Shown here: piece after piece, positions 19,826-28,326 of the stretch
How positions within the stretch are numbered: position 1 is the first letter of the stretch
Layout: every line of letters begins with the position of its first letter
NCBI GenBank assembly: GCA_003447535.1
Contig: DLYY01000011.1
Coordinates: forward strand, 41,386-94,203
Origin: Bacteroidota bacterium
GTDB taxonomy: Bacteria > Bacteroidota > Bacteroidia > Chitinophagales > UBA8649
DNA length: 52,818 nucleotides
Reading direction: 5' to 3'
Notes under the pieces: model-generated
What the model saw: the letters and a program-made list of their open reading frames with translations, nothing else
Told to the model about the DNA's origin: nothing
The model's database searches: none
Position numbers and translations under genes: made by a program

Positions 19826-20671
19826 ATGCGTATTCTTGTTACGGGAGCTTCGGGTTTTATTGGAAGCTATGTTATGAAGTGTTGTCCTGAGCCCTATTAC
19901 CCTATCCCATTAGGTAGGACGCAGGAACGTAAGGGTGTCACAGCCGACCTTTTATCGCTTAATGACAAGGATCTTCTTGAGCTTTTTGAGAAACATCAAA
20001 TAGGTGGAATTATTCATTTGGCTGCTGAAGGCAATATGTCTGTATGTGAGAGATCTACAGAGGCATATAGTCTCAATGTGGGTGTTACCAAAAGGCTTGT
20101 ATTGGCAGCAAAGCGGAGAAACCTTCCCATAATCTTTTCGTCTACCGACCAAGTTTTTTGTGGAGAAGAGGGATTACTTTATGAGTCAACGCCTCCCAGT
20201 CCGTGTCATAAATATGGACAACAAAAGCTTGAAGCCGAACATATTGTTTTGCATTACGCCAAGGGTCTGGTATTAAGGCTGCCCCTTGTCCTTGGCTTAC
20301 ACAAGACAGGAAAGGGGTCATTGGAGACCATGCTGAGTCAAGGCAGGCAACATGGGTCGCTCAACATGTTTGTTGATGAGTTTCGAAGGCCAACCCACTC
20401 AATTGATGTGGCAAAAGCGCTTTGGGAAGCACTGGGTTGGCCGCCCGGTATATATCATATTTCAGGCCCCAAATTGATGTCTCGCATGGAAATGGCGGAG
20501 GAGATTACAAGCGCGTTAAAAGAACACACAATACAACTTATTCCAACATTCCAAAGAGAACAATCTTTTGGTTATAAACGGCCTAGTCGGCTTGACCTTG
20601 TTTCGCACAAATCAGAGGTTCAGGAGCTTGGAATCCCTTCTGTTTTGCAAAACATACATAAGATAGCTTAG
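19826..20671 (+). CDS. SDR-family NAD(P)-dependent sugar-nucleotide reductase/epimerase (RmlD-like)
   Basis: Rossmann motif ILVTGASGFIGS and a catalytic Y..xK candidate (YGQQK); 281 aa. Starts 1 nt after the lpdA stop. Confidence 0.65.
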   Translation: MRILVTGASGFIGSYVMKCCPEPYYPIPLGRTQERKGVTADLLSLNDKDLLELFEKHQIGGIIHLAAEGNMSVCERSTEAYSLNVGVTKRLVLAAKRRNLPIIFSSTDQVFCGEEGLLYESTPPSPCHKYGQQKLEAEHIVLHYAKGLVLRLPLVLGLHKTGKGSLETMLSQGRQHGSLNMFVDEFRRPTHSIDVAKALWEALGWPPGIYHISGPKLMSRMEMAEEITSALKEHTIQLIPTFQREQSFGYKRPSRLDLVSHKSEVQELGIPSVLQNIHKIA

Positions 20672-20679
20672 TAATATAC

Positions 20680-21126
20680 TTAGCGTGCTGGATATTCAGC
20701 GCGGTTTCGGGGTGTCTCCCAAAGAGTAATGTAGAGGTCTAACGAGTTATCGATGTGCGGGCGAAGCCTATTGTAAATTACCATGGATATATTTTCGACC
20801 GTAGGAATTAAGTTTGCGAACTCTTGGACTTCCACATTTAGGTTACGATGGTCAAGCTTCTCGGTAACATGTGTTTTGATACAATCCTTAAGAAGCTTGA
20901 GGTCGATTAGATATCCGGTTTCTGGGTCTACCCTTCCAACTACTCGAACCTCTAGGTCATAGTTGTGTCCGTGCCAGTTCGGGTTGGTGCATAGACCAAA
21001 AACGGCCTTGTTTTTTTCGTCGGACCAGTGTGGGTTGTACAGCCTGTGGGCCGCATTAAAGTGGGCTTTTCGAACAACTGCAGTGAGCATAGAAGAATCA
21101 ATCATAAGCCAGGAAGTTTTAAACAT
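20680..21126 (-). CDS. 6-carboxy-/6-pyruvoyl-tetrahydropterin synthase family protein (QueD/PTPS)
   Basis: FNAAHRL and the motif CTNPNWHGHNY, followed by a DHRNLN-type motif. The start is probably internal (MLTAVVRKAHF at 21090). Confidence 0.8.
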   Translation of the reverse strand: MFKTSWLMIDSSMLTAVVRKAHFNAAHRLYNPHWSDEKNKAVFGLCTNPNWHGHNYDLEVRVVGRVDPETGYLIDLKLLKDCIKTHVTEKLDHRNLNVEVQEFANLIPTVENISMVIYNRLRPHIDNSLDLYITLWETPRNRAEYPAR

Positions 21127-21192
21127 TCATTAATGTAACCATAACCAAAAAGGTGGCATAATGTTTAGTTTTAAGGAAAGTCTTCTTCTAAT

Positions 21193-22290
21193 ATGCATAA
21201 CGTTATTGGGCAAAAGGAAATCCAATTAACATGGCGTAAAATGTTGGCAAGCGGCCAAATCCCTCACGCTATGGTTTTGTCTGGTGATGACGGCTATGGT
21301 GGGCTATCCTTGACCCTAAACCTAGTTGAGGCAATGCTTTGCCAAACATCACGGAATGATATCGACGCAAGCTCAAGGGAGTCCTCTCTTTTGCAGGGCT
21401 GTGGACACTGTCCATCGTGCAAGAAAATGAGAGAACTAACACACCCTGATCTTCATGTTGCATTTCCCATGTTAGCTATGGCAAGAAAAAAACAAGGCCA
21501 AGCGGCAAGGGGCACCCTAAATACAATGCTCAAGGCGAATCCTTATTTATCAATAGATAGCTTTTTAAATCACTTCAATACGGAAGGAACGAAAAATGCT
21601 GCTGGCAACATTACCGCTGGCGATGTAAAGCAAATTTTGTCAAACTTAACTCTGAGTAGTTTCGCTGGTGGGTGGAAGGTGCAAATAATTTGGCATGCCG
21701 AAAAGCTTGACGCGGTTTCAAAGGAATCAAACAAGCTCCTTAAAATATTGGAAGAGCCACCACTCAAGACGCTTTTTATTTTAATTACTCCAAACCACAA
21801 ACAACTTTTAACTACCATTTTAAGCCGTTGCCAACTCTTTAAACTTAAACCCGTGCCCTATTCGGACCTTGCACACCTCGATGACGGTGCTTTTTGTGGG
21901 GCATCTACCCCAAGCGAAAATCAATGGAAATTGGCTCATCGTATTCCGGGAAAAGTCTATGAAAACAAAGAAAACATTGGCCAGCATGAAGAAGCCGAGC
22001 ATTTGGCAAAGGAGCTTTTAGATTTATTGATGCAGCCACCCAATGCAGCCTCGACAAGGCATTTAGAGTTGTCTATAAAAAAGTTGAGTTCTGCTGCGGC
22101 CACGCTGCAACATAAAACATTGAGATATGCAGCACATCTTGCGGAAGATTACCACAAAACAGACAAGATCATGTGTGGAGAGTTAGCCTCTATCTTGTCC
22201 CTAGTTGCTCTAGAGGTAGGACAAAGTGTGCGGATCTCCACACGAATCATGGGTCTATGGTTAAATCTTCATCAAAAATTCAAACTTTAA
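21193..22290 (+). CDS. holB: DNA polymerase III delta-prime subunit
   Basis: HAMVLSGDDGYGG (degenerate P-loop), Zn module CGHCPSCKK, LKILEEPP and the sensor motif LSRCQLFKL. Confidence 0.8.
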   Translation: MHNVIGQKEIQLTWRKMLASGQIPHAMVLSGDDGYGGLSLTLNLVEAMLCQTSRNDIDASSRESSLLQGCGHCPSCKKMRELTHPDLHVAFPMLAMARKKQGQAARGTLNTMLKANPYLSIDSFLNHFNTEGTKNAAGNITAGDVKQILSNLTLSSFAGGWKVQIIWHAEKLDAVSKESNKLLKILEEPPLKTLFILITPNHKQLLTTILSRCQLFKLKPVPYSDLAHLDDGAFCGASTPSENQWKLAHRIPGKVYENKENIGQHEEAEHLAKELLDLLMQPPNAASTRHLELSIKKLSSAAATLQHKTLRYAAHLAEDYHKTDKIMCGELASILSLVALEVGQSVRISTRIMGLWLNLHQKFKL

Positions 22291-22320
22291 CTCTTAGTTT
22301 AGTATTCAAACGGAGGTATT

Positions 22321-23469
22321 ATGTCATGTTCGACTTCTGGGGGGTGTAGTAGTAATGGAAGCAGTGGCTGCACCAAGCACAATACCTTTGATTGGTTGGC
22401 TAAATTGCCGGCCTATGATGACGGAGAACAACATCTGGTCGAAATACAGTTCGAGGGCCAGTTTCACAAACGATACGCAGAAAATAATAAAAGCCTTGAA
22501 TTATTCAGGGGTGACTGGGTGAAGATCAGGGCTCATAGGGGGTATGACCTGGGCCAGGTAACAGCCTCCGGGGAATTGGCAAAACTTGGCCACCTCCGCC
22601 AACTTCGAGAATTAAAGGATCGGGTAAAAGGAAAATCACACCAGGAAAACCCATTCGATGTTTTGCTTGATAAAGCCAATGAAAAGGAAATAAAGGCACA
22701 CCAAGATCAGCTTGATAAACGCTTGGTGTACCAAAAGAAGGTCCGCGATATTGCACAGGAGATGCAACTTCCCGTAAAGGTGAGTGACGTAGTTTATCGA
22801 GGAGACGGCCAACAGGCAACGGTTTATTACACATCAGACAAGCGTATAGATTATAGGGAGTGGGTTCGACAGGCGAGTGTTTCTCTTTCTGCTCGTCTTG
22901 AAATGCGACAAATCAGTGATCGACAAGAGGCAGGGGTGAAAGGTGGTCTTGGCCCTTGTGGAAGAGAATTATGCTGCTCAAGTTGGATGACTAAATTTGA
23001 TTCAGTATCTACTTCGGCAGCACGCTACCAACAATTGGCCATCAACAATGAAAAGCTTGCAGGGCAATGTGGGCGACTAAAATGCTGTCTAAACTTTGAG
23101 CTCCAAACCTATATTGAGGCGAAGGCGTTTATGCCCAAGCGGGTTAAAGATATAAAATCACCCAAGGGTACCTATGAGGTGGTCAGTGTTGATTACCTCA
23201 CCAAATCCATTAGTTACCGATCACCAAGCGGCGAGCTTGTAGTGGTTAGCCCTAAAGAGTATAATGATTTGCGTCAGCACGTCCTGGATGGCAAGGATGT
23301 TGAAAGTGTTTTCTCGAAAGCTAAGCACCTTCTACCTAAAAAAAACAGGCAAGATTCACAAGCCCACTCAATGGATATGGCCGTAGGGGGAGTTGATTTA
23401 GATAGTTTCGCCAGAAACGGAAAGAAAGGACAGGGTCGCTCACCAAGACGAAAAAACAAACGTCGTTAA
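22321..23469 (+). CDS. PSP1 domain protein (RicT/YaaT-like)
   Basis: PSP1 C-terminal Cys motifs GPCGRELCCSSW and CGRLKCCLNFE. Position downstream of holB matches Firmicutes yaaT. Has an extra Cys/Ser/Gly-rich N-terminus and a basic tail (RSPRRKNKRR). Confidence 0.8.
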   Translation: MSCSTSGGCSSNGSSGCTKHNTFDWLAKLPAYDDGEQHLVEIQFEGQFHKRYAENNKSLELFRGDWVKIRAHRGYDLGQVTASGELAKLGHLRQLRELKDRVKGKSHQENPFDVLLDKANEKEIKAHQDQLDKRLVYQKKVRDIAQEMQLPVKVSDVVYRGDGQQATVYYTSDKRIDYREWVRQASVSLSARLEMRQISDRQEAGVKGGLGPCGRELCCSSWMTKFDSVSTSAARYQQLAINNEKLAGQCGRLKCCLNFELQTYIEAKAFMPKRVKDIKSPKGTYEVVSVDYLTKSISYRSPSGELVVVSPKEYNDLRQHVLDGKDVESVFSKAKHLLPKKNRQDSQAHSMDMAVGGVDLDSFARNGKKGQGRSPRRKNKRR

Positions 23470-23500
23470 TGAGAACGTATTTAACCTCTATTTTTAAGGC

Positions 23501-23977
23501 ATGAATTGTTCTATTCCGCTAAAAAGGATTTTTGGGATTTCTGTTATTGCATGCAGCCTTTTTTTCTTTGCTTCTTGTGACCCTAACAATGGATATTATC
23601 AGTTTTATGATGTGCCAAATCAAGGGTGGTCTTGGGATGACAGCGTTTTGTTTGTATTGAGCACAGAGGGTAAAGAAGAAGCCATACAAACCAATGATTT
23701 AAACATCTCTGTTCGAATCATTGATGGCCAGTATGCCTACCAAAACCTTGTATTGTTATTTTCAGGAGATGTTGAAAAAGATACTCTAAAAATGCCATTG
23801 CAGGATTCGAAGGGACAATGGCTTGGAAAATGTAATGCGGGTGTGTGCGAGATAACCATGAAGTTGACATCATTGAACCCTGCATTGTATGACGAAGACA
23901 CTCTTGTCGTACAACAATGGTCTCGTGACGCATCGCTTCAAGGGGTGCTTTCTTTAGGACTTTTTACCAGCAAATAA
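23501..23977 (+). CDS. gldH: Gliding motility lipoprotein GldH
   Basis: Lipobox FFASC; 158 aa. GldH-like pattern W.WDDSVLF, YAYQNLVLLF and DSKGQWLGK. holB-PSP1-gldH synteny. Confidence 0.7.
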   Translation: MNCSIPLKRIFGISVIACSLFFFASCDPNNGYYQFYDVPNQGWSWDDSVLFVLSTEGKEEAIQTNDLNISVRIIDGQYAYQNLVLLFSGDVEKDTLKMPLQDSKGQWLGKCNAGVCEITMKLTSLNPALYDEDTLVVQQWSRDASLQGVLSLGLFTSK

Positions 23978-23982
23978 ACACT

Positions 23983-24567
23983 ATGAATAAGACGCGTTGC
24001 ACCATTCCTTTTGCCTTGATAATCCTAGCTTTTTTGTTGCCTTCTTGTGATAAGTATACTGGAAAGTGGGAAGATTATACGATGACCTTGAAGGGCGGTG
24101 AAGGAAATATAAATTATCAAATTCCTGATGATATACCGAAATGCACGGAAGCCTTGATAGAGACTGAAGGCGGTCAGCGTTTGTTAGCAGAACACTGTAA
24201 TCGCTACCGAAACTTATATTTTATACTAATAGAGCATGAAAAAGAAGCTTTTTGGGCGGATTCCTTAGATCCCTTTACATCCTTTTCAACAAGTTGTCTT
24301 AATCGATTAATTAATGACGGCGCGGCAACATCTATGAGGGTTTTAGAAAAGCAACTCGATACGCTAGACGATGGATCGGTTATGTTGACTGCTGAGCTTT
24401 TTGGCTACATGGGAGAGGATAACCCCATCTTTTATTTTCACCGCACACTACAAGCTGGTACGTCTTTTATTGAGGCTACCGCCTGGACACGAGGTGAGAA
24501 AAGAAGGTTAGAGCATGGAGACAAGTTACGCAAGGTAATCTCTTCGATTAAGTACACCAACGGGTGA
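23983..24567 (+). CDS. Lipoprotein of unknown function
   Basis: Signal peptide plus lipobox LLPSC; 194 aa with no recognisable domain. Lies 5 nt after gldH, and its stop overlaps the next ORF (GTGA). Confidence 0.6.
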   Translation: MNKTRCTIPFALIILAFLLPSCDKYTGKWEDYTMTLKGGEGNINYQIPDDIPKCTEALIETEGGQRLLAEHCNRYRNLYFILIEHEKEAFWADSLDPFTSFSTSCLNRLINDGAATSMRVLEKQLDTLDDGSVMLTAELFGYMGEDNPIFYFHRTLQAGTSFIEATAWTRGEKRRLEHGDKLRKVISSIKYTNG

Positions 24568-25259
24568 TTTTTTATAAGCTCTATCTATTGATAGGCCTCT
24601 TAGAGGTTATGTTAGAGTTTCTAGAGGTACCCTCTGGGGTTTTTGTGGTAAAACCTATGTTAATGCCTCTCTTGGCTCTTGCTTTCTGGCAAGAAAACAC
24701 CCCCAAGCATCCATTTAAACTGGTTTTATTTGCGGCACTTGTCTTTTCCTGGATCGGGGATGTGGTCCTGTTATTTCAATTAGATAGTCCCTTTTGCTTC
24801 ATATTGGGTCTTTGCGCTTTTTTGACCGCTCATTTGCTATATATATGGGCAATGAGTCCAGGGCTTGAATTCAGCGCGGATAATCGCCTTAGGAGAATCG
24901 TGACTTTTGTGGCTGTATTGGTTTTGACCATTTTATTGGTCTTTTATTTTGAGAAAGAAGGCAATAGAGCCTACAGTGGTATTGTGCGCTTTGCCGTACC
25001 CCTTTATTCGTTGGTTCTGGCGTTAATGGTCCTTGCTGCAGCCCACCAGGGTAGCGGAGGCGAGCGTCATTCAATATTGCTTTTTAGCGGTGCTCTTTTT
25101 TTTATGTTTTCTGATTTGTTGATAGCACTAGGCGCCTTCTCTAATGCTCTTGCCTTTTTGTCAACGTCAATCACATCTGGAATTATTATGGCTACTTATA
25201 TTTTATCTCAGTTTTTGATCATTCGAGGAATGATGGCCCACCACGATAGGATCAGCTAA
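24564..25259 (+). CDS. YhhN-family membrane protein (lysoplasmalogenase-like)
   Basis: About 8 predicted TM helices. Motifs WIGDVVLL and FMFSDLLIAL are typical of the YhhN/TMEM86 family. The start is uncertain (GTG 24564 or a downstream ATG). Confidence 0.6.
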   Translation: MIFYKLYLLIGLLEVMLEFLEVPSGVFVVKPMLMPLLALAFWQENTPKHPFKLVLFAALVFSWIGDVVLLFQLDSPFCFILGLCAFLTAHLLYIWAMSPGLEFSADNRLRRIVTFVAVLVLTILLVFYFEKEGNRAYSGIVRFAVPLYSLVLALMVLAAAHQGSGGERHSILLFSGALFFMFSDLLIALGAFSNALAFLSTSITSGIIMATYILSQFLIIRGMMAHHDRIS

Positions 25260-25276
25260 AAAATATATATTACACC

Positions 25277-26215
25277 ATGCTCTACTACAAAGGCCACCAA
25301 TTCAATGCAGCAAACGATTATTTTACGCATTTGTTAGAGGAAAATGGTATGCCCAACATCCTTGGAGATTTTATTGAAGAAACCACAACGGTTAGGGGGG
25401 TATCGGTTCATTTAAGCGTGTTAAGAACAAACGAGGTTGCACCAACTGTTGTTTTTATACCAGGCACCGCCACCTATGCCATGTGTTATGCTGAATTCCT
25501 TCATGCCTTATATCGGTCGGGGATTAATGTGGTAGGCCTTGATCCCCGGGGCCATGGCCAAAGCCAGGGGTTACGAGGACACTACACCATCCATTCTATT
25601 ATGGAAGATGCGGAGCATGCCATACATTATGCTAAACAAAATTTTTCTGGTCCCGTGCACCTTGTAGGAAGTAGTCAGGGTGGGATAACGGCCCTTTACT
25701 TAGCCACAAAAGGAGTATCGGTTGATAGTGTTGTTTGTCAAAACATCGCTGATTTAACAGCTAAGGAATCCACCAAGCTAAGTCGCTTTCCGTGGTTGGG
25801 AAGACTTGGCAAACCGATGTTGAAGTTTTTTGCTCGCGTCATTCCCAAAGCGAGAATCCCAATCCACTCCTACTTGGCGCTATATAAGGTTAGGGTAAAG
25901 CACTTTGGGAATGCAAGGCGTTTTATGCAGGAAGACCCTTTAGCTCTTGAGCACATAACACTAAGCACGCTGGCTTCATTGGCAGGCACCAACCTGCCCA
26001 ACCCCCTTACCACCCTTATGGTGCCTATTTTTGTTTTTCAGGGCGATGCAGATGAGATTTTTCCTGTTTCCTATACTAAGCGCCTTGTGGACGCCATAGG
26101 GTCACCCAAAAAAGAGTTTAAGATTTATCTTGAAAGAGGGCACGGTATCATGGTAAACAATCCGAGCGAAGTGGCTCACGATATTATTCATTGGATAAAT
26201 GGATTCCAGGACTAA
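25277..26215 (+). CDS. Alpha/beta hydrolase (lysophospholipase / monoacylglycerol lipase-like)
   Basis: PRGHGQSQG, nucleophile elbow GSSQGG, an acid residue in QGDADEIFP and a His in ERGHGIM; 312 aa. Confidence 0.7.
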   Translation: MLYYKGHQFNAANDYFTHLLEENGMPNILGDFIEETTTVRGVSVHLSVLRTNEVAPTVVFIPGTATYAMCYAEFLHALYRSGINVVGLDPRGHGQSQGLRGHYTIHSIMEDAEHAIHYAKQNFSGPVHLVGSSQGGITALYLATKGVSVDSVVCQNIADLTAKESTKLSRFPWLGRLGKPMLKFFARVIPKARIPIHSYLALYKVRVKHFGNARRFMQEDPLALEHITLSTLASLAGTNLPNPLTTLMVPIFVFQGDADEIFPVSYTKRLVDAIGSPKKEFKIYLERGHGIMVNNPSEVAHDIIHWINGFQD

Positions 26216-28146
26216 ATTCTTCGAATACAAATCCCCAACGGATTAGAGGTTTTGACTTTTAGGGTGTTAATTTTTTGCTTGAGGGCAAGCATTTTTAAGG
26301 TCTCTTCTTCACTAAGAACAGCATCTTTATAGCGCATTTCCCACTCAAATTCTAATTGTTGGTGTAGTTCCCACTCAAACCATTGGATTTCTCGATCAAC
26401 ATCGCTTTTGTAGGTTTGGTCGATGCCCACTATAGGACCTGATCGCTTCCGCCACCCCTCGAGGGATAACGATTCATAGCTTTGAACAGCACCATACTCC
26501 GACAGGTAGATTGATGTACAATGTTGGGCGATTTCAATGTCATTATCATGGATAAGTTTCTCGGATTTTACACTTCCCTTTCGAAGCCGAGCAAATATTC
26601 TTTGGTGAAGGGGGGTCTGTAAATCCTCATCAGCCAATGAATCCAATACAAAATGCGTCACAGAGCGCTCATCATCATAGGGTCGGTGTCCGTGCTCAAC
26701 AAGTATTCTGATAAGGTTAAGCTCTCTTAAGGCAAGGTTGAGATAAAGATCTTCAAGGTATTGTTGGGGTCTGGTTTTTCTAGAGCCGTAGGGTTTGGTT
26801 AATGCCGAAACGGGTTTTGACCCACTAGAGGTTGTCTTTGTCGCCCCCCTCATTCGACGGAGCTCCCCATGTAAAATCTCTTCATCAATGGATAACTCAT
26901 GCCCAATTTGTTTGATGTAAATCCCCCGTTGAATAGGGCTAGAAACATAAGAAACCAGAGCAAGAAGTTGTTCAACCTCAACCGCCTTGCGCTGAGGGTC
27001 TAGGGTCGATGCAATACTCACCAGAAGCGACAACTCATAATAGATGGCATCTTGGGTCTTTGTGCTGATATGATCTGCCAGGTGTTGTCCGCCAAACTTA
27101 TGTATATAGCTATCGGGGTCGTGATCTTCTGGCAACAAACAAATTTTTGGAAACAAGCCCATTCGAAGACAAAGCTCTATGCCCCTTTTTGCCGCTCGTT
27201 GGCCCGCACCATCCCCATCGAATAACAAGACAACATTTTTGGTAAAGCGTTTTATTTTTTGGATATGCCCCTCAGTGAGTGCCGTTCCAGAGGCGGAAAC
27301 TGCTTCTTCTATGCCCGCCTGATGAAGGGCGATAACATCGGTATACCCCTCGGTAACAATAAGACGGTCCTTATCACGAACTGCTCGTTTCGCCTGATAC
27401 AATCCATATAGGACGTTGCTTTTATCATAGACCTCGGTTTGAGGCGTGTTGATATATTTGGGCCCCTTTCCGTCACCTTTTAAATCTCGTCCACCAAACC
27501 CAAGAACTCGGCCATTTGTATCAATGATGGGAAACATTAGTCTCCCCCGAAAGAAATCAAACGTTTTTTCTTCGCGCTTTACAATTAAGCCAGCATCAGC
27601 CAAAACACCTCCATCAAGTTTGTGTACCAAGGATGCCTTAAATAGACCATCCCACCCCTTAGGGGAAAGACCCAACCCAAAGGTTTCTTGAGCCTTTGGA
27701 CTGATGCCCCTTGACTTGACATACTCTCTAGCAATTTTGCCATCAATTTCATGGTTTAGCACCGATGCAAAAAAGTTTTTGGCCCAATCTAGGGCAACAT
27801 ACATTTTTTCTTTTTTGCTTAATAACTGTACTTGCTCAGGACTTTGAGCTTCTTCAATGAGTTCGACATTATACTTTTTCCCTAGAAGTTTAATCGCCTC
27901 AATGAAGGTGAGTTGCTCATGATCCATGACAAACCGCAGGGCATTACCAGATTTTCCGCAACCAAAACATTTGTAGATACCCTTATTGGGGGAAACCATG
28001 AATGATGGAGTTTTCTCGTCATGAAAAGGGCAGTTTGCTTTATAGTTTGACCCACTTTTTTTGAGCGTCAAATAGTCTGACAATACGTCGATAATGTCCA
28101 GAGCACTGAGCACTGCATTGACGGATATTTCAGAAATTTTTGGCAT
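26212..28146 (-). CDS. dnaG: DNA primase
   Basis: Zn finger CPFHDEKTPSFMVSP...YKCFGCGKSGN, TOPRIM EGYTDVIAL and FDGDGAGQRAA; 644 aa. Confidence 0.93.
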   Translation of the reverse strand: MPKISEISVNAVLSALDIIDVLSDYLTLKKSGSNYKANCPFHDEKTPSFMVSPNKGIYKCFGCGKSGNALRFVMDHEQLTFIEAIKLLGKKYNVELIEEAQSPEQVQLLSKKEKMYVALDWAKNFFASVLNHEIDGKIAREYVKSRGISPKAQETFGLGLSPKGWDGLFKASLVHKLDGGVLADAGLIVKREEKTFDFFRGRLMFPIIDTNGRVLGFGGRDLKGDGKGPKYINTPQTEVYDKSNVLYGLYQAKRAVRDKDRLIVTEGYTDVIALHQAGIEEAVSASGTALTEGHIQKIKRFTKNVVLLFDGDGAGQRAAKRGIELCLRMGLFPKICLLPEDHDPDSYIHKFGGQHLADHISTKTQDAIYYELSLLVSIASTLDPQRKAVEVEQLLALVSYVSSPIQRGIYIKQIGHELSIDEEILHGELRRMRGATKTTSSGSKPVSALTKPYGSRKTRPQQYLEDLYLNLALRELNLIRILVEHGHRPYDDERSVTHFVLDSLADEDLQTPLHQRIFARLRKGSVKSEKLIHDNDIEIAQHCTSIYLSEYGAVQSYESLSLEGWRKRSGPIVGIDQTYKSDVDREIQWFEWELHQQLEFEWEMRYKDAVLSEEETLKMLALKQKINTLKVKTSNPLGICIRRI

Positions 28147-28245
28147 AAAACGAATTGTTAAAAAACTTTTTTACCGTTTAAATTGTATTAATAATGTCCA
28201 TCATCAATAATGGATAACAATTTTTGGTTTTTGTTTTGGTTCGGT

Positions 28246-28281
28246 GTTGAGGTCCCTCTTGTAGGGGCCTCAACTATTTTT
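28246..28281 (+). terminator. Rho-independent-terminator-like hairpin, plus-strand orientation
   Basis: GTTGAGGTCCC / loop TCTTGTA / GGGGCCTCAAC forms an 11-bp stem (one G-U pair on the plus strand, an A-C mismatch on the minus strand), followed by TATTTTT. It lies in the 180-nt gap between two minus-strand genes. Confidence 0.35.
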
Positions 28282-28326
28282 AGTCATAGAAAAACAAAAT
28301 ACTAGGATTCCCGCTAATTATTACCA

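Noticed and set aside
22312-22316. GGAGG four nucleotides upstream of the PSP1 gene ATG, considered as a Shine-Dalgarno site.
   Set aside because: The other start sites I inspected in the window lack SD-like sequences, as expected for Bacteroidota, and the 4-nt spacing is short. It is most likely coincidental and is mentioned only inside the PSP1 finding.
28194-28217. Seven-codon mini-ORF (MSIINNG) in the dnaG-upstream gap, considered as a leader peptide.
   Set aside because: It lies on the strand opposite both flanking genes, is too short, and has no supporting signal. It is expected by chance in AT-rich DNA.
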